Positions 40,622 through 50,700 of a stretch of 64,000 nucleotides of DNA are shown here, piece by piece. The notes beneath the pieces were generated by a model that was given only the letters and a program-made list of their open reading frames with translations, was not told the DNA's origin and ran no database searches. Positions within the stretch are counted from its first letter, which is position 1, and every line of letters begins with the position of its first letter. Position numbers and translations under genes: made by a program. Source of the DNA: an uncultured Prevotella sp. (GTDB taxonomy: Bacteria; Bacteroidota; Bacteroidia; Bacteroidales; Bacteroidaceae); the NCBI GenBank assembly GCA_946184025.1, contig CAMHEA010000001.1, forward strand, positions 4,871 through 68,870, read 5' to 3'.

Positions 40622-42262
40622 TCAGCGTTGGAAGATTTCCGGATATTTCTGGATGAAGTAGACCGGCGTGCAGCTCCATGCGTGACAGTAGCTGTTGATG
40701 GGATGGAAGTTGTAGGGCGAAAGATACTCGTCGCCCGGTACATAGACCTCCCAGAAGGTGTCGGCCTGCTTGTCCACCATGCCGCCCCAGTATTCCTCCA
40801 CATGCTGGCGGGCTTCCTTGTTCATGCCGCAGTGCAGCATCGCCTCCACCAGATAGTGATGGGCGTAGGGTGCACCCAGTCCCACCACGTCGTCGTGGGT
40901 CGTGGCGTAGCGCAGGGCGCGCTCTGCTTCCTGCTTGTTCATCACGCCGGAGAGGGTCATCCATATCTGTGACATCTGCGACACTTGCTTGCCGGAACCG
41001 CTGACGAACACGCCGCGGCTGCGATCGTAGAGATGCTTGCGGGCGGCAGCACCCATCTTCTTGGCCATCGCGGGCCAGCCGGCTACGTCCTGCTGGCATC
41101 CCAGTTCCTTCGCAAAGGCGTAGTTGCTGTTCAACACATGGATGAGCAGGCCTTGGATGGCGGTCGACGGATCCATGCCGGCCTTCCAGTCGAAGAACAG
41201 CCAGAGTCCGTCGTTCTTCTTCTGCGGATTAAAGAGCATGGTGTCGTCGTCCAGATAGCTCAGAGCGTCCTCTACTTGCCGCTTGCAGACAGGCCATAGC
41301 TCACGCGCCGTGGCCTTGTCGCCCGTGGCCCGCGTGTATTCCTGAAGTGCAAGGGTGTAGAGTAGGCTGTAGTCCAGACAATGGGAGCCATACTGCGGAT
41401 GGGGTTCCGGGGTCTCAAACACGTTGGCGTGGAGCCGTCCGTCCTCTGCTGCGAGTGCGGCCAGCAGGTAGAGACACCGCTTGGTGAGGTCGTGGTTCTT
41501 GAACGAATACTGGTTGGCCAGCGATTCCAGATACACGTCACCAATCCACAGGCGGCGGTCGCGCTTCGGTCCGTCCTCATACACCGTCTGCATACACTCG
41601 CGCAGTGTCTCCACCGATACCCGCTGGATGTCGCGGATGCGGTCGCTGGCTGTCGAAGCCAGGGTGGGGGCGGCGATGTCGGGAGCCGACGAGAGAGCCT
41701 GGAAGCGCATGTCGGTCAGTGCAAAGTCGAAGTCGGGCGATGCACCGAGCAGTTCTATCTTCACATAGCGGCAGGCCACGCGGCGCGGCAGGGTGATTTC
41801 CTGATCCACCTGCATCACCGTCACCACCTCATCCTGCAACCAGGCACGGCTCAAGGTGCCGGGAAACGGGTCGAAGGGGGTGTTCAGTTCGGCAGGAACC
41901 TCGCCGAAGGTGAACTTGATGCGCACGGGTGCATCCTGTGCCCGATAGGTAGTGGTGAGCGTGAAGGAGTAGAAACCGGTCATGTGGCGGCCGAAGTCGA
42001 CAATGACTGACGGGTTCTTTTTCATCGATTGGGAGTAAAAATCGCCCATTTCACCGCATTTTTCAAACCGCCAGCCTTGATAGGCGGCAGGATCCTGTAC
42101 GGACTTGACCAGACCGACGGGACGCACCTCCGTGGTGGTGAGCTGCGGTTTCAGGGCTTCGGCCTTCTCCAGCCACGCCTTCCGGGTGGCGGCGTACATG
42201 TCGGCGGCCTGTACCGACACCGTTGCTGCAACGAGCAGCAGTCCTAAGAGTGTTCTTTTCAT
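40622..42262 (-). CDS. GH78-like (alpha-L-rhamnosidase-type six-hairpin) glycosidase, short form
   Basis: VDFG, EDGPKRDRRLWIGD, FFDW, TFWE, SYCHAWS. Confidence 0.8.
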   Translation of the reverse strand: MKRTLLGLLLVAATVSVQAADMYAATRKAWLEKAEALKPQLTTTEVRPVGLVKSVQDPAAYQGWRFEKCGEMGDFYSQSMKKNPSVIVDFGRHMTGFYSFTLTTTYRAQDAPVRIKFTFGEVPAELNTPFDPFPGTLSRAWLQDEVVTVMQVDQEITLPRRVACRYVKIELLGASPDFDFALTDMRFQALSSAPDIAAPTLASTASDRIRDIQRVSVETLRECMQTVYEDGPKRDRRLWIGDVYLESLANQYSFKNHDLTKRCLYLLAALAAEDGRLHANVFETPEPHPQYGSHCLDYSLLYTLALQEYTRATGDKATARELWPVCKRQVEDALSYLDDDTMLFNPQKKNDGLWLFFDWKAGMDPSTAIQGLLIHVLNSNYAFAKELGCQQDVAGWPAMAKKMGAAARKHLYDRSRGVFVSGSGKQVSQMSQIWMTLSGVMNKQEAERALRYATTHDDVVGLGAPYAHHYLVEAMLHCGMNKEARQHVEEYWGGMVDKQADTFWEVYVPGDEYLSPYNFHPINSYCHAWSCTPVYFIQKYPEIFQR

Positions 42263-42271
42263 CGTTCTATA

Positions 42272-44584
42272 CTATTTTCTTGTTGGTGGCATTTGAATGG
42301 TTTGGGCTATGCTCACGGTTGCATGGCCGCGGAAGTCGCGGCTCGAAGCACCGACGTGCAGGGCATACTCGCCCGGCTCGCACACCCAGCTGGCAGCGTC
42401 GGCATCCCACGATGCGAGGTCGGCGGCCTTGAGGGTGAAGGTGAGTGTCTGTGTTTCGCCTGGCTTCAACAGTCGCGTCTTGGCGAAAGCCTTGAGTTCC
42501 GTGGCGGGTTTGACCAGTCGGCCCTTGGGGGCGGAGGCGTAGAGCTGCACCACTTCGCGTCCGGCCACTTTGCCCGTATTGCGGATGGTGACGGGAACGG
42601 ACACGACGGTTGCCGAGTCGGCCACGGTCGTTGTCGTACAGGCTCCCACGGTATAGTCGAACGTGGTGTAGGAGAGTCCGAAACCGAACGGATAGGCGGG
42701 CGTTACGGCGTAGGTGTCGAAGTAGCGATAGCCCACGAAGAGGTCTTCGGCGTAGACGACACAGGCGGGGGACTGTGCGCGGTTGCCGACATTGGTCACT
42801 GGGAAGTTGTCGGATGATGGTACGTCGGTGTAGGTGTTCGGAATGCTCACCGGCAAGCGTCCCGAGGGATTCTTCCGACCTGTGAGGAGGTCGGCAATGG
42901 CGTATCCGCCTTCTTGTCCGGGCTGCCAGCAGAGCAGGATGGCATCGGCCTGATCCTGCCAGGATGCCATGTCGACGATGTCGCTGACGTTCAGCAGTAC
43001 GACGACGGGCTTGCCTTGTGCATGGAAGTGGCTGGCCACATCGGCGAGAAGGGCGCGCTCGGTGGCCGTGAGCAGGTAGTCGCCTTCTGAAACCTGCCTG
43101 TCGGTGCCTTCGCCGGCACTGCGTCCGAGGGTGACGATGGCCACGTCGGCCTTTGCTGCGGCCGCGTTGATGTCGGATTCCTCGATGCTGCGCTCGGGAA
43201 CGATGGGTACTGACCAGAAGTTTTCAGGCGGCAGCTGGCGTTTGGTGGCTGCGATGTAGTCGGTATAGAGGTCGGTCAGCGGCTGATAGGGCTTCAGACC
43301 GGCCTTGGTGAGCCCTTGCCATGGAGAAATCTTATGTTCTTTGTAGACGTATCCGCTGCCGGAGCCGCCTGCAATGAGGTCGTAGCTGGCCACGCCGAAC
43401 AATGCCGGACGACAACGGTGCTTCAGCGGCAGGGCCTGTGTCTTGTTCTTCAACAGGATCATGCCTTCAGCGGCGGCTTCGCGAGCCGTCAGCTGGTGGG
43501 CTTTCTGGTCCGGCTGATTGCTGTAGGCGTACTGGCGGAAGGCTGGCAGTTGCAGGGTTACTTGCAGGATGTGCTCCACATTGCGGTCAATGATGCTTTC
43601 GGAGAGCCGTCCCTGACGTACGGCGGCGATGATTTCCAGTATCTGTTCCTCCGTACCGGGCATCAGTAGGTCGTTGCCTGCCTGCATCTGCGCTACTGGA
43701 TCGTGCTCGCCCCACCAGTCAGTCATCACGAATCCGCGGAATCCCCATTCTTTTCGGAGAATGTCTGTCAGCAGACGGGATGATTCCGAGGCGTAGGTGC
43801 CGTTGATTTTATTGTACGACGACATGACGGTGAGGGGTGCCGACTCTCTGACAGCAATCTCGAAAGCCTTCAGATAGATTTCGCGCAGTGCACGGTCACA
43901 GACAATGACGTTGATTCCGTTGCGAAACGTCTCTTGGTTGTTGACAGCAAAGTGCTTGACAGAGGCTCCTACGCCCTGCGACTGGATGCCGCGGACCATG
44001 GCGGCAGCCGTCTTGCCAGCCAGGACGGGATCTTCCGAATAGTATTCGAAGTTGCGGCCGCAGAGCGGATTGCGTTGGATGTTCATGCCCGGAGTCAGCA
44101 TGAGGTCTACACCATACTCCAAGGCTTCGTTGCCGATGCCGCGACCCACTTGCTCTACAGTTTCGCGGTCCCACGTCGAGGCCAGCAGGATGCCTACGGG
44201 GAAGGCCGTGGCATAGTAGCTGCGGTCTTCTCCTTCGCGTACGGGGTCGATACGCACACCGGCGGGACCGTCGGCATAGACCAGCGAAGGGATGCCCAAG
44301 CGTTCTACGCCGTAGCTTTCGCCGGCCGAGCCGGCCACCTTGCCTTTGACCATGGCCGTGTTGCCGCCTGTCTGGGGCGGACGGACAAACGTGCCGGGTG
44401 CCGGATAGGGTGGATTAGGCTGCATCTGACAGGTGCCTACCACGAGCCGCACCTTCTCCTCCAGTGTGAGTGCTTGGAGAAGCTGGCTCATCGGTTCCTG
44501 ACCGAGGCGCGGGCTTGGGTTGTCTGCGGCCTGAGCCGCTGTGGTGCCGGCTACAAATGCCAGCAGGATGAGGTATTTTTTCAT
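42272..44584 (-). CDS. GH3 beta-glucosidase
   Basis: DGPAG, CGRNFEYYSEDP, KHF, MTDW, GLSYT. Confidence 0.93.
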   Translation of the reverse strand: MKKYLILLAFVAGTTAAQAADNPSPRLGQEPMSQLLQALTLEEKVRLVVGTCQMQPNPPYPAPGTFVRPPQTGGNTAMVKGKVAGSAGESYGVERLGIPSLVYADGPAGVRIDPVREGEDRSYYATAFPVGILLASTWDRETVEQVGRGIGNEALEYGVDLMLTPGMNIQRNPLCGRNFEYYSEDPVLAGKTAAAMVRGIQSQGVGASVKHFAVNNQETFRNGINVIVCDRALREIYLKAFEIAVRESAPLTVMSSYNKINGTYASESSRLLTDILRKEWGFRGFVMTDWWGEHDPVAQMQAGNDLLMPGTEEQILEIIAAVRQGRLSESIIDRNVEHILQVTLQLPAFRQYAYSNQPDQKAHQLTAREAAAEGMILLKNKTQALPLKHRCRPALFGVASYDLIAGGSGSGYVYKEHKISPWQGLTKAGLKPYQPLTDLYTDYIAATKRQLPPENFWSVPIVPERSIEESDINAAAAKADVAIVTLGRSAGEGTDRQVSEGDYLLTATERALLADVASHFHAQGKPVVVLLNVSDIVDMASWQDQADAILLCWQPGQEGGYAIADLLTGRKNPSGRLPVSIPNTYTDVPSSDNFPVTNVGNRAQSPACVVYAEDLFVGYRYFDTYAVTPAYPFGFGLSYTTFDYTVGACTTTTVADSATVVSVPVTIRNTGKVAGREVVQLYASAPKGRLVKPATELKAFAKTRLLKPGETQTLTFTLKAADLASWDADAASWVCEPGEYALHVGASSRDFRGHATVSIAQTIQMPPTRK

Positions 44585-44748
44585 ATCCTTTGTTTTATGT
44601 TGATGCGCTCAGCGCAGTTTATTCTACCAAAAAGGCTGTATCAAGCGGACCCTCCCGGGCTGACTTGATACAACCTGAAAACAATAACTAACTCTAATTT
44701 TACTTAACTAACGTAGCTTATTATGATGAAAACGATTACCGATTGTCG

Positions 44749-45831
44749 TTACTTGATGAACTTCCGGGTGGCCACGGTGCCGTCGGTGTAGTCGATACGG
44801 GCAACGTAGATTCCCCGTGGCAGGATGGCGGAAGGACTCATGCCGTTGCGGCTGGCCTCCATGATGTGTCCGTTGGTGTCGAGGATGGTGACCTTCTTCA
44901 CCGTTTCGCTGTCGGTCAGTGCCTGAAGGGAGGCTCCGTCGATGGCTGTTGCATGATTGTCGTCCTTGCTGATGCTCAGCCAGTTGACGTTGATGCCGCC
45001 GAAGGTGAAGCCCAGCCGGATGCGTTGCTTGCCTTTTTGCAGGTGGAGTGTCTGCCGCAGGGTGTGCCAGCTGTCCCATGCGCGGCCGATAAACCACGAA
45101 TAGCGGAAGATGAGGTCTTCTTTTTCGAGGTAGTGGATCATGTTGACGATGAAGTCGCGTTGCTCGTCGGCAGTGCCGTTGTCGCCCACGCTCTTGTCCA
45201 TGTTAAACTCCGTGAGCCATATCTTGCGCCCGTACTTCCGCAACCGCTCGATGTTGGCTTCGTAGGCAGGCTGGTTGGGCATGTAGAAGTGGATGCCGAT
45301 GTAGTCTACCTTGGCTTCGGGATAGGCGGCAAAGAAGGCATCGAGCCAGCGGACGGGGTCTTGCATGTTCACGCCGTCTTCCTCCATGGCATCGCCACTC
45401 CAGTTGCATGCAGGGCTGACGAGCTCCAGTCCGAACTCATCGGCCAACGCTTCCAGCTCTGGCCATTTGGCTGCGGCCTGCTTCGGAGTCAAGTTGGCCT
45501 GCGACCAGAAGTTGGGCTCGTTGAAGCCGAGCAGGTATTTCACCTCCGGATGGCTTTTGAGGTAGTTGCGCAGGTCGTTTTTGTTGTAGCCGGCATTCCA
45601 GGTCATCGGCACATGCACCATGTTTGCTTCCTTGAAGCAGCCGGCCACGGCTTCCTTCGGACTCGTACCCCAGTTATAGAACCACGACACACCAGGACTG
45701 ACGGCCTGCAAATCGGCCATCGAAGTGAAGTCGTAGGCAATGCCGCGCTTCTTGCTTTGCGTCTGAGCTGTGGCCGTTCCAGCTGTGAGCAGGGCTGCTG
45801 CGGCGACAAGGAGTACGTTTCTTTTATTCAT
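44749..45831 (-). CDS. GH128 beta-1,3-glucanase with apparent in-frame internal deletion; partial CBM6 and CTD-like tail
   Basis: WFYNWG, LLGFNEPN, WLTEF, then FRYSWFIGR fused directly to WDSWHT…GGINVNW; -7 box TATCTTTG at 45880-45887. Confidence 0.8.
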   Translation of the reverse strand: MNKRNVLLVAAAALLTAGTATAQTQSKKRGIAYDFTSMADLQAVSPGVSWFYNWGTSPKEAVAGCFKEANMVHVPMTWNAGYNKNDLRNYLKSHPEVKYLLGFNEPNFWSQANLTPKQAAAKWPELEALADEFGLELVSPACNWSGDAMEEDGVNMQDPVRWLDAFFAAYPEAKVDYIGIHFYMPNQPAYEANIERLRKYGRKIWLTEFNMDKSVGDNGTADEQRDFIVNMIHYLEKEDLIFRYSWFIGRAWDSWHTLRQTLHLQKGKQRIRLGFTFGGINVNWLSISKDDNHATAIDGASLQALTDSETVKKVTILDTNGHIMEASRNGMSPSAILPRGIYVARIDYTDGTVATRKFIK

Positions 45832-45976
45832 GTCCGTTGATAGATTGGATAGTTGAAGGGTTTCTTTCTTTTTACGATGCAAAGATAGTGCTTTTACAGG
45901 TTGGTTGTATTTAATATGTGGCACAAAAACTTTAAATTATGATATTTTTGTTTTCCGTGGCCTTTTTCTGTTTTCA

Positions 45977-47000
45977 GGTTCATCCCCGAATTGCGTTGGT
46001 CTTGTCATGCAATCCGAACAGTAGTAGATTGAAGTATTCATCGTCTCTATAGCCATATGCCCTGCGCTTCATGACCTTGATTTTGTTGTTAATTCCCTCA
46101 AGTATAGCATTGGTTACAGATGCGTCATACCATGCGAGTATTCCCGTCCTGCTTGCCGTCAGTGTATTGGCGACTTTTACAAAAGGTTGCAACTTTGTTT
46201 CTCTGGCTCTTTCGCACCAATAAGCCAGTTGTTTCTCTCCCTCTTCCTTGCTCTTCTGCATCCATATTTGGTCAAGGTCTTCCCTGAGGTAGTACGCGTG
46301 GAACAGCGGTGTATTGGTACTGAATATGTTGTCAAGCCTTCTCTTCTTCTCATCATCGAACACGTCCTTGCCCTTTCCGTCACCTACATGTATGATGCGT
46401 CCTGTGTCAAGGTCAACGACTATCGTCTTGTACACATGCCCCTTCCGTGTCGCAAACTCGTCAATGCCTATCCGGCGCACACCCTTTATGTCCGGGCGGG
46501 AGTATTTGCATTTCAGATATTTCTTGTGGATGTCCTTCACCATGTTCCAACCTACATGCAGGTGCCTGGCCACGTCCAATATCGTGTTGCCCATGCGCAG
46601 CAGGTCAAGCACATAACGGGAGAAACGGTAGGTATAACTTACCTCACCGTGGGTAAAGGGGACGTCTGCCTGCCATGCCGTTGTATACATAGGGACAGAT
46701 AGCAGGTCTTGCTTCCAAATGGCAAATTGTGAATATGCCGCAGAACCGTTCCATATCTGATGACATGCTGGCTCCCACAATGAGGGCAGACATGTCTTTG
46801 GGGCAAGATTGATTTGAGATTAAGGAATATTGCATTATCTTTGTACTCAGTACTGGCATACGCATAGTCCTTGACTCCGTAAGCCTGATATAATAAGCTG
46901 GCATTCATATCTGATATGGTTGGGGAACCACAAAGATAATGATTTGTCAGCTTTTCTTATGCTATTAAACTATAAGACCAACGCAATTCGGGGATGAACC
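45977..47000 (-). mobile_element. ISL3-family insertion sequence, internally deleted
   Basis: Perfect 27-bp terminal inverted repeats GGTTCATCCCCGAATTGCGTTGGTCTT; GG ends; 1024 bp; no target duplication. Confidence 0.9.
45980..46908 (-). pseudogene. ISL3 transposase pseudogene (frameshifted, deleted)
   Basis: CPHCG zinc ribbon in one frame; IGIDEF…Y.T.VVD and EGINNKIKVMKRRAYGYR in another; central part missing. Confidence 0.88.
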
Positions 47001-47085
47001 AAAAAGCTTGGATTTCTGACAGAAAGCCCCCTACTTGCCATTCATTTCCCCTTCAGAAAGCAGCGTGTGGGGGGCAGGATGGGAG

Positions 47086-47168
47086 TAAAAGAGGCTATAT
47101 GACAAAGCAAGAAACCCTATATTACCTTATTATATAGGCTTTATTGCCAGGTAATATAGGGTTTCTTG
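47086..47168. repeat. 4x22-bp phased array (family C), copy 2
   Basis: Units at 47086, 47108, 47130 and 47152. Confidence 0.75.
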
Positions 47169-47243
47169 CCTGATGGGCGCAGGACTCCTGCACGACCGGC
47201 GGGTTTCCTGCAAGGGATGACTGCGGCTTGTTGCCGGCTGTGC

Positions 47244-48473
47244 CTACTCTGCTTTCAGGCCCATCGAGCGGATGTAGCCCTTCTGCGGCGTGCAGTTGGC
47301 ATAGCGGCAGTTCTCCAGATACTCGTTGAGTACGCGCTGGGCTACGGCCGGATCGGGACGGCGCGAGCGGATGCTGTCGTAGCGTGCACGTTCGCCTTCG
47401 GCAAAACGAACGACGATGCTGTCCCAAAGGGCGGGCTTCTGGAACGCATTCATGCACGAGCCTTCGGGTTTCTTGTACGGCCAGAAGGTGTAGCCGATGT
47501 TGTTGTCGCGCATCATCTGGCAGAGTTCGGCCTGCCATTCGTCGCTGTTGTGGCCGGTCTCACCCATGTACATTGGCAGTTGGGTCTTGTCGCGGAAGTC
47601 AATGATGTTCATAAAGGCCTCCTTCTTGGCACTTCCGCCGTAGCGATGGCAGGTATACATGATCTTGTTGTCGAACGTCCAGTCTGTAAACATCTCGAAA
47701 GAACCGTTCCACTGGGCTCCGCCGAGCAGGATGATGTGGTTCGTGTCCACCTCGCGGATGGCGCGCACGGCCCGTTTGTAGAGCGGTTCGAGCTTCTGGT
47801 TGAGCACGTCCTTGTTGTCGAAGTAGTGGGCAATGGGCTCGTTCATCAGCTCATAGCCCAGGATGACGGGCTCATCCTTGTAGCGTTGGGCAATCTTTTT
47901 CCATACGTCGCAGAACAGCTGCTGGCTGCGCTCGCTCTCGAAGAGCCACGGATAGCCGTAGCTGTTGTCGATGTTGTCGCCCGTCTGGCCACCGGGGCAG
48001 TCGTGCATGTCGAGGATGAGGTAAAGATTGAACTCCTTGCACCAGCCCACGACCTTGTCTACGATGGCAAAGCCGTCTTGTCCGGCCGTCAGTCCCATGT
48101 AGTCCTCATCGGTGAAGAGCTTGTAGTTGAAGGGCAGGCGTACGGTGTTGGAGCCTGTGGAGGCAATGAACGCGATGTCGTCGCGTGTGATATAGTTTTC
48201 CTTGAACGCCTTCCAGAAGTCGGCAGTGGCATCCGGACCTACCATCTGGGCGATAGCCTGGTCAATCATCCAGTAGCTGCTCGTCTTCTGCAGCCCGAAC
48301 ATGTAGCCTTCGGGATTGAGCCAGTTGCCGAGGTTGGTTCCGAGGATAAACAGTTTCTCTCCGTTCGGTTTGACAAGGTTGGTCTTGTCGACGGTCACGA
48401 ACGTTTTGTCTTTCTTGGCCTGTACGTTGGCCGACAGCATCAGGGCTGCCACGATGATAGTCAAGAGTCTCAT
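47244..48473 (-). CDS. GH5 glycoside hydrolase (resembles GH5_46), signal peptide, no CTD
   Basis: NLGNWLNPEGYM, VRLPF, LDMH, YELMNEP, H.Y, MGETG, W.YK. Confidence 0.88.
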   Translation of the reverse strand: MRLLTIIVAALMLSANVQAKKDKTFVTVDKTNLVKPNGEKLFILGTNLGNWLNPEGYMFGLQKTSSYWMIDQAIAQMVGPDATADFWKAFKENYITRDDIAFIASTGSNTVRLPFNYKLFTDEDYMGLTAGQDGFAIVDKVVGWCKEFNLYLILDMHDCPGGQTGDNIDNSYGYPWLFESERSQQLFCDVWKKIAQRYKDEPVILGYELMNEPIAHYFDNKDVLNQKLEPLYKRAVRAIREVDTNHIILLGGAQWNGSFEMFTDWTFDNKIMYTCHRYGGSAKKEAFMNIIDFRDKTQLPMYMGETGHNSDEWQAELCQMMRDNNIGYTFWPYKKPEGSCMNAFQKPALWDSIVVRFAEGERARYDSIRSRRPDPAVAQRVLNEYLENCRYANCTPQKGYIRSMGLKAE

Positions 48474-48545
48474 TTTAATAATTAATAAGGTGTTGATAGT
48501 TGATGATTATAATAGATTCCTTGCTTAGGTGTATTGCAGGCAACA

Positions 48546-48575
48546 AAAAGAGGAGTTACCTTCGTAACTCCTCTT
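48546..48575 (-). terminator. Terminator after tRNA-Asn
   Basis: aagaggagttac-cttc-gtaactcctctt with an A tract. Confidence 0.75.
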
Positions 48576-48578
48576 GGG

Positions 48579-48652
48579 CGCTCCAGGATGGGCTTGAACC
48601 AACGACCCCCTGATTAACAGTCAGGTGCTCTAACCAACTGAGCTACTGAAGC
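48579..48652 (-). tRNA. tRNA-Asn (GTT)
   Basis: GCTTCAG/CTGGAGC acceptor stem, AGCTCAGTTGGTTAGAGC D arm, CCTGA-CTGTTAA-TCAGG anticodon arm, GGTTCAAG T loop; -7 box at 48674-48681. Confidence 0.96.
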
Positions 48653-48821
48653 AGTGTTGCTTGAATGCGGGTGCAAAAGTACGGCGTTTTTTTGAAACCA
48701 CCAAACTTTTTCCGAAAAAAATTCGCTAATGCCTAAAAATATGATAAAAAAGCAGGCTTAGATGCCTGTATATGGTGATAATGATGTACTTTTGCAAGGA
48801 AAATCGTGATTGACAATGACT

Positions 48822-50504
48822 ATGAGGAGAATCATAACGGCTATGCTGGTGCTGGCAGCATCCCTAAAGGTGGGTGCACAGACAAACAGTCAAGACCACA
48901 ACTTTGATGTGGCGAAGAACCTGGAAGTGTTCAACGCCATCTACAAAGACCTGGAGATGATGTATGTGGACACGCTCGATGCGAATGTGACCGTCGGCTA
49001 TGCCATCAACGCCATGTTGCGGTCGCTCGATCCTTATACGGAGTATTATCCGGAGGACAAGCAGAGCGACTTGAAGATGCAGCTTTCGGGCAAGTATGCG
49101 GGCATCGGCGCGCTCATCCGGTACCACTTGGCACTGAAGCGGGTGGTCATCGACGAGCCCTATGAGGGCATGCCGGCCGCGGAAGCTGGTGTAAAGAAGG
49201 GCGACATCATCCTGGCCATCGACGATTCCACGATGACCGACAAGTCGGTGAGCTATGTCAGCGAGCATCTGCGCGGCGAAGCCGGTACGACCTTCATGCT
49301 GAAGGTGAAGCGCCCCAGCACAGGCAAGACGCTGAAGTTCAAGATTACGCGCCGGGCCATACAGATGCCGGCCGTCAGCTACTATGGCTTGCAGCGCGAC
49401 GGCATCGGTTATCTCAACCTGACGCAGTTCACCGAAGACTGTTCGAAGGACGTTCGCCGTGCCTATCTGGACATGAAGAAGCAGGGAATGACCAAATTCG
49501 TGCTCGACCTGCGCAACAATGGCGGCGGTTCCTTGCAGGAAGCCATCAACATTGTCAATATGTTCGTGCCGAAAGACCTGCTCCTGGTGCGCACCGTAGG
49601 CAAGCTGGAACGCTCGAACCGCGAATACAAGACTTCGGTGGAGCCCATCGACACGCTGATGCCCATCGTCGTGCTCGTCAATGACGACACGGCCAGTGCC
49701 AGCGAGATTACCAGCGGCTCGCTCCAGGACTTGGATCGCGCCGTCGTATTGGGTACACGCACCTACGGCAAGGGTCTGGTGCAGCTCCCCAACCTGCCGC
49801 TGCCCTACAACGGCAACCTGAAACTGACCACGGGCAAGTATTATATCCCCAGCGGGCGATGCATTCAGGCCATCAACTACAAGCACACGCAGGGCGGATA
49901 TACCGAGCATGTGCCCGATTCGTTGACAAAGGTATTCTATACGGCCAACGGACGTGAGGTGCGCGACGGCGGAGGCATCAAGCCCGACGTAGAGGTGAAG
50001 GCCGATTCGCTGCCCAACATCGCTTTCTACTTGGCCTCTACAGGCCGCGATTCCACCGAAGTGATGTTCGACTGGGAAGTGGAATACATCAAGAAGCATC
50101 CCTCCATTGCCTTGGCCAAGGACTTTGAGATTTCGGATGAGGACTACGCCGACTTCAAGCGGGCCGTACTGGCGAGTGGTTTCAAGTACGACCGCGAGAG
50201 CCGCAAGTATCTGGAGAGTCTGGTGAAGCTCGCCAAGTTTGAAGGCTACTACGACGATGCCAAGGCGGAGTTCGATGCGCTCGAAGCCAAGCTCAACCAC
50301 AACCTTGACCGCGACTTGGACTACAGCAAGAAGTACGTCAAGCAACTGCTGGCGAGCGACATCGTGGCTGCCTACTACTATCAGCGGGGAGCCGTGGAGA
50401 ACGCCTTGCGTCAAGACAAGCAATGGTTAGAGGCGGTCAGCCTGCTCAACGACGAGGCACGCTATCGCAGTCTGCTGGCAGCTCCGGCTTCGGCGGAGCC
50501 TTAA
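48822..50504 (+). CDS. S41 family C-terminal processing peptidase (PDZ)
   Basis: LDPYT.Y, GIG, DLRNNGGG, ASASEI, GKGLVQ; start could also be 48816. Confidence 0.92.
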   Translation: MRRIITAMLVLAASLKVGAQTNSQDHNFDVAKNLEVFNAIYKDLEMMYVDTLDANVTVGYAINAMLRSLDPYTEYYPEDKQSDLKMQLSGKYAGIGALIRYHLALKRVVIDEPYEGMPAAEAGVKKGDIILAIDDSTMTDKSVSYVSEHLRGEAGTTFMLKVKRPSTGKTLKFKITRRAIQMPAVSYYGLQRDGIGYLNLTQFTEDCSKDVRRAYLDMKKQGMTKFVLDLRNNGGGSLQEAINIVNMFVPKDLLLVRTVGKLERSNREYKTSVEPIDTLMPIVVLVNDDTASASEITSGSLQDLDRAVVLGTRTYGKGLVQLPNLPLPYNGNLKLTTGKYYIPSGRCIQAINYKHTQGGYTEHVPDSLTKVFYTANGREVRDGGGIKPDVEVKADSLPNIAFYLASTGRDSTEVMFDWEVEYIKKHPSIALAKDFEISDEDYADFKRAVLASGFKYDRESRKYLESLVKLAKFEGYYDDAKAEFDALEAKLNHNLDRDLDYSKKYVKQLLASDIVAAYYYQRGAVENALRQDKQWLEAVSLLNDEARYRSLLAAPASAEP

Positions 50505-50526
50505 GAAAGCATCCCTTTTCTTCTTT

Positions 50527-50583
50527 TCTGACCTCATTCGGAGAGCCACTGAGCCTTAGTGATTGTCCGAATGAGGCTTAGTC
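50527..50583. repeat. 22-bp phased MTGA-SSS-TYAKT palindromic array/hairpin
   Basis: Centres at 50532, 50554 and 50576; cctcattcgga…tccgaatgagg inverted pair. Confidence 0.5.
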
Positions 50584-50700
50584 GCGACAATTTTTAATTT
50601 ATTTTCTGAGAAAAAATAAATTAAAAATTCTGAAAAAATAAATTAAAAATTCTCACCGCTGAATCCGTTTTGCTAAGTCGTTGAGGCTCAGCGGGTTGAC
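50580..50700. repeat. Family B element, copy 2
   Basis: agtcgc-core-…gaggctcagcgggtt. Confidence 0.85.

Noticed and set aside
48579-48652. tRNA-Asn as the attachment site of a PUL-carrying island
   Set aside because: No integrase and no duplicated tRNA 3' end seen in the window; the far boundary could lie outside it.
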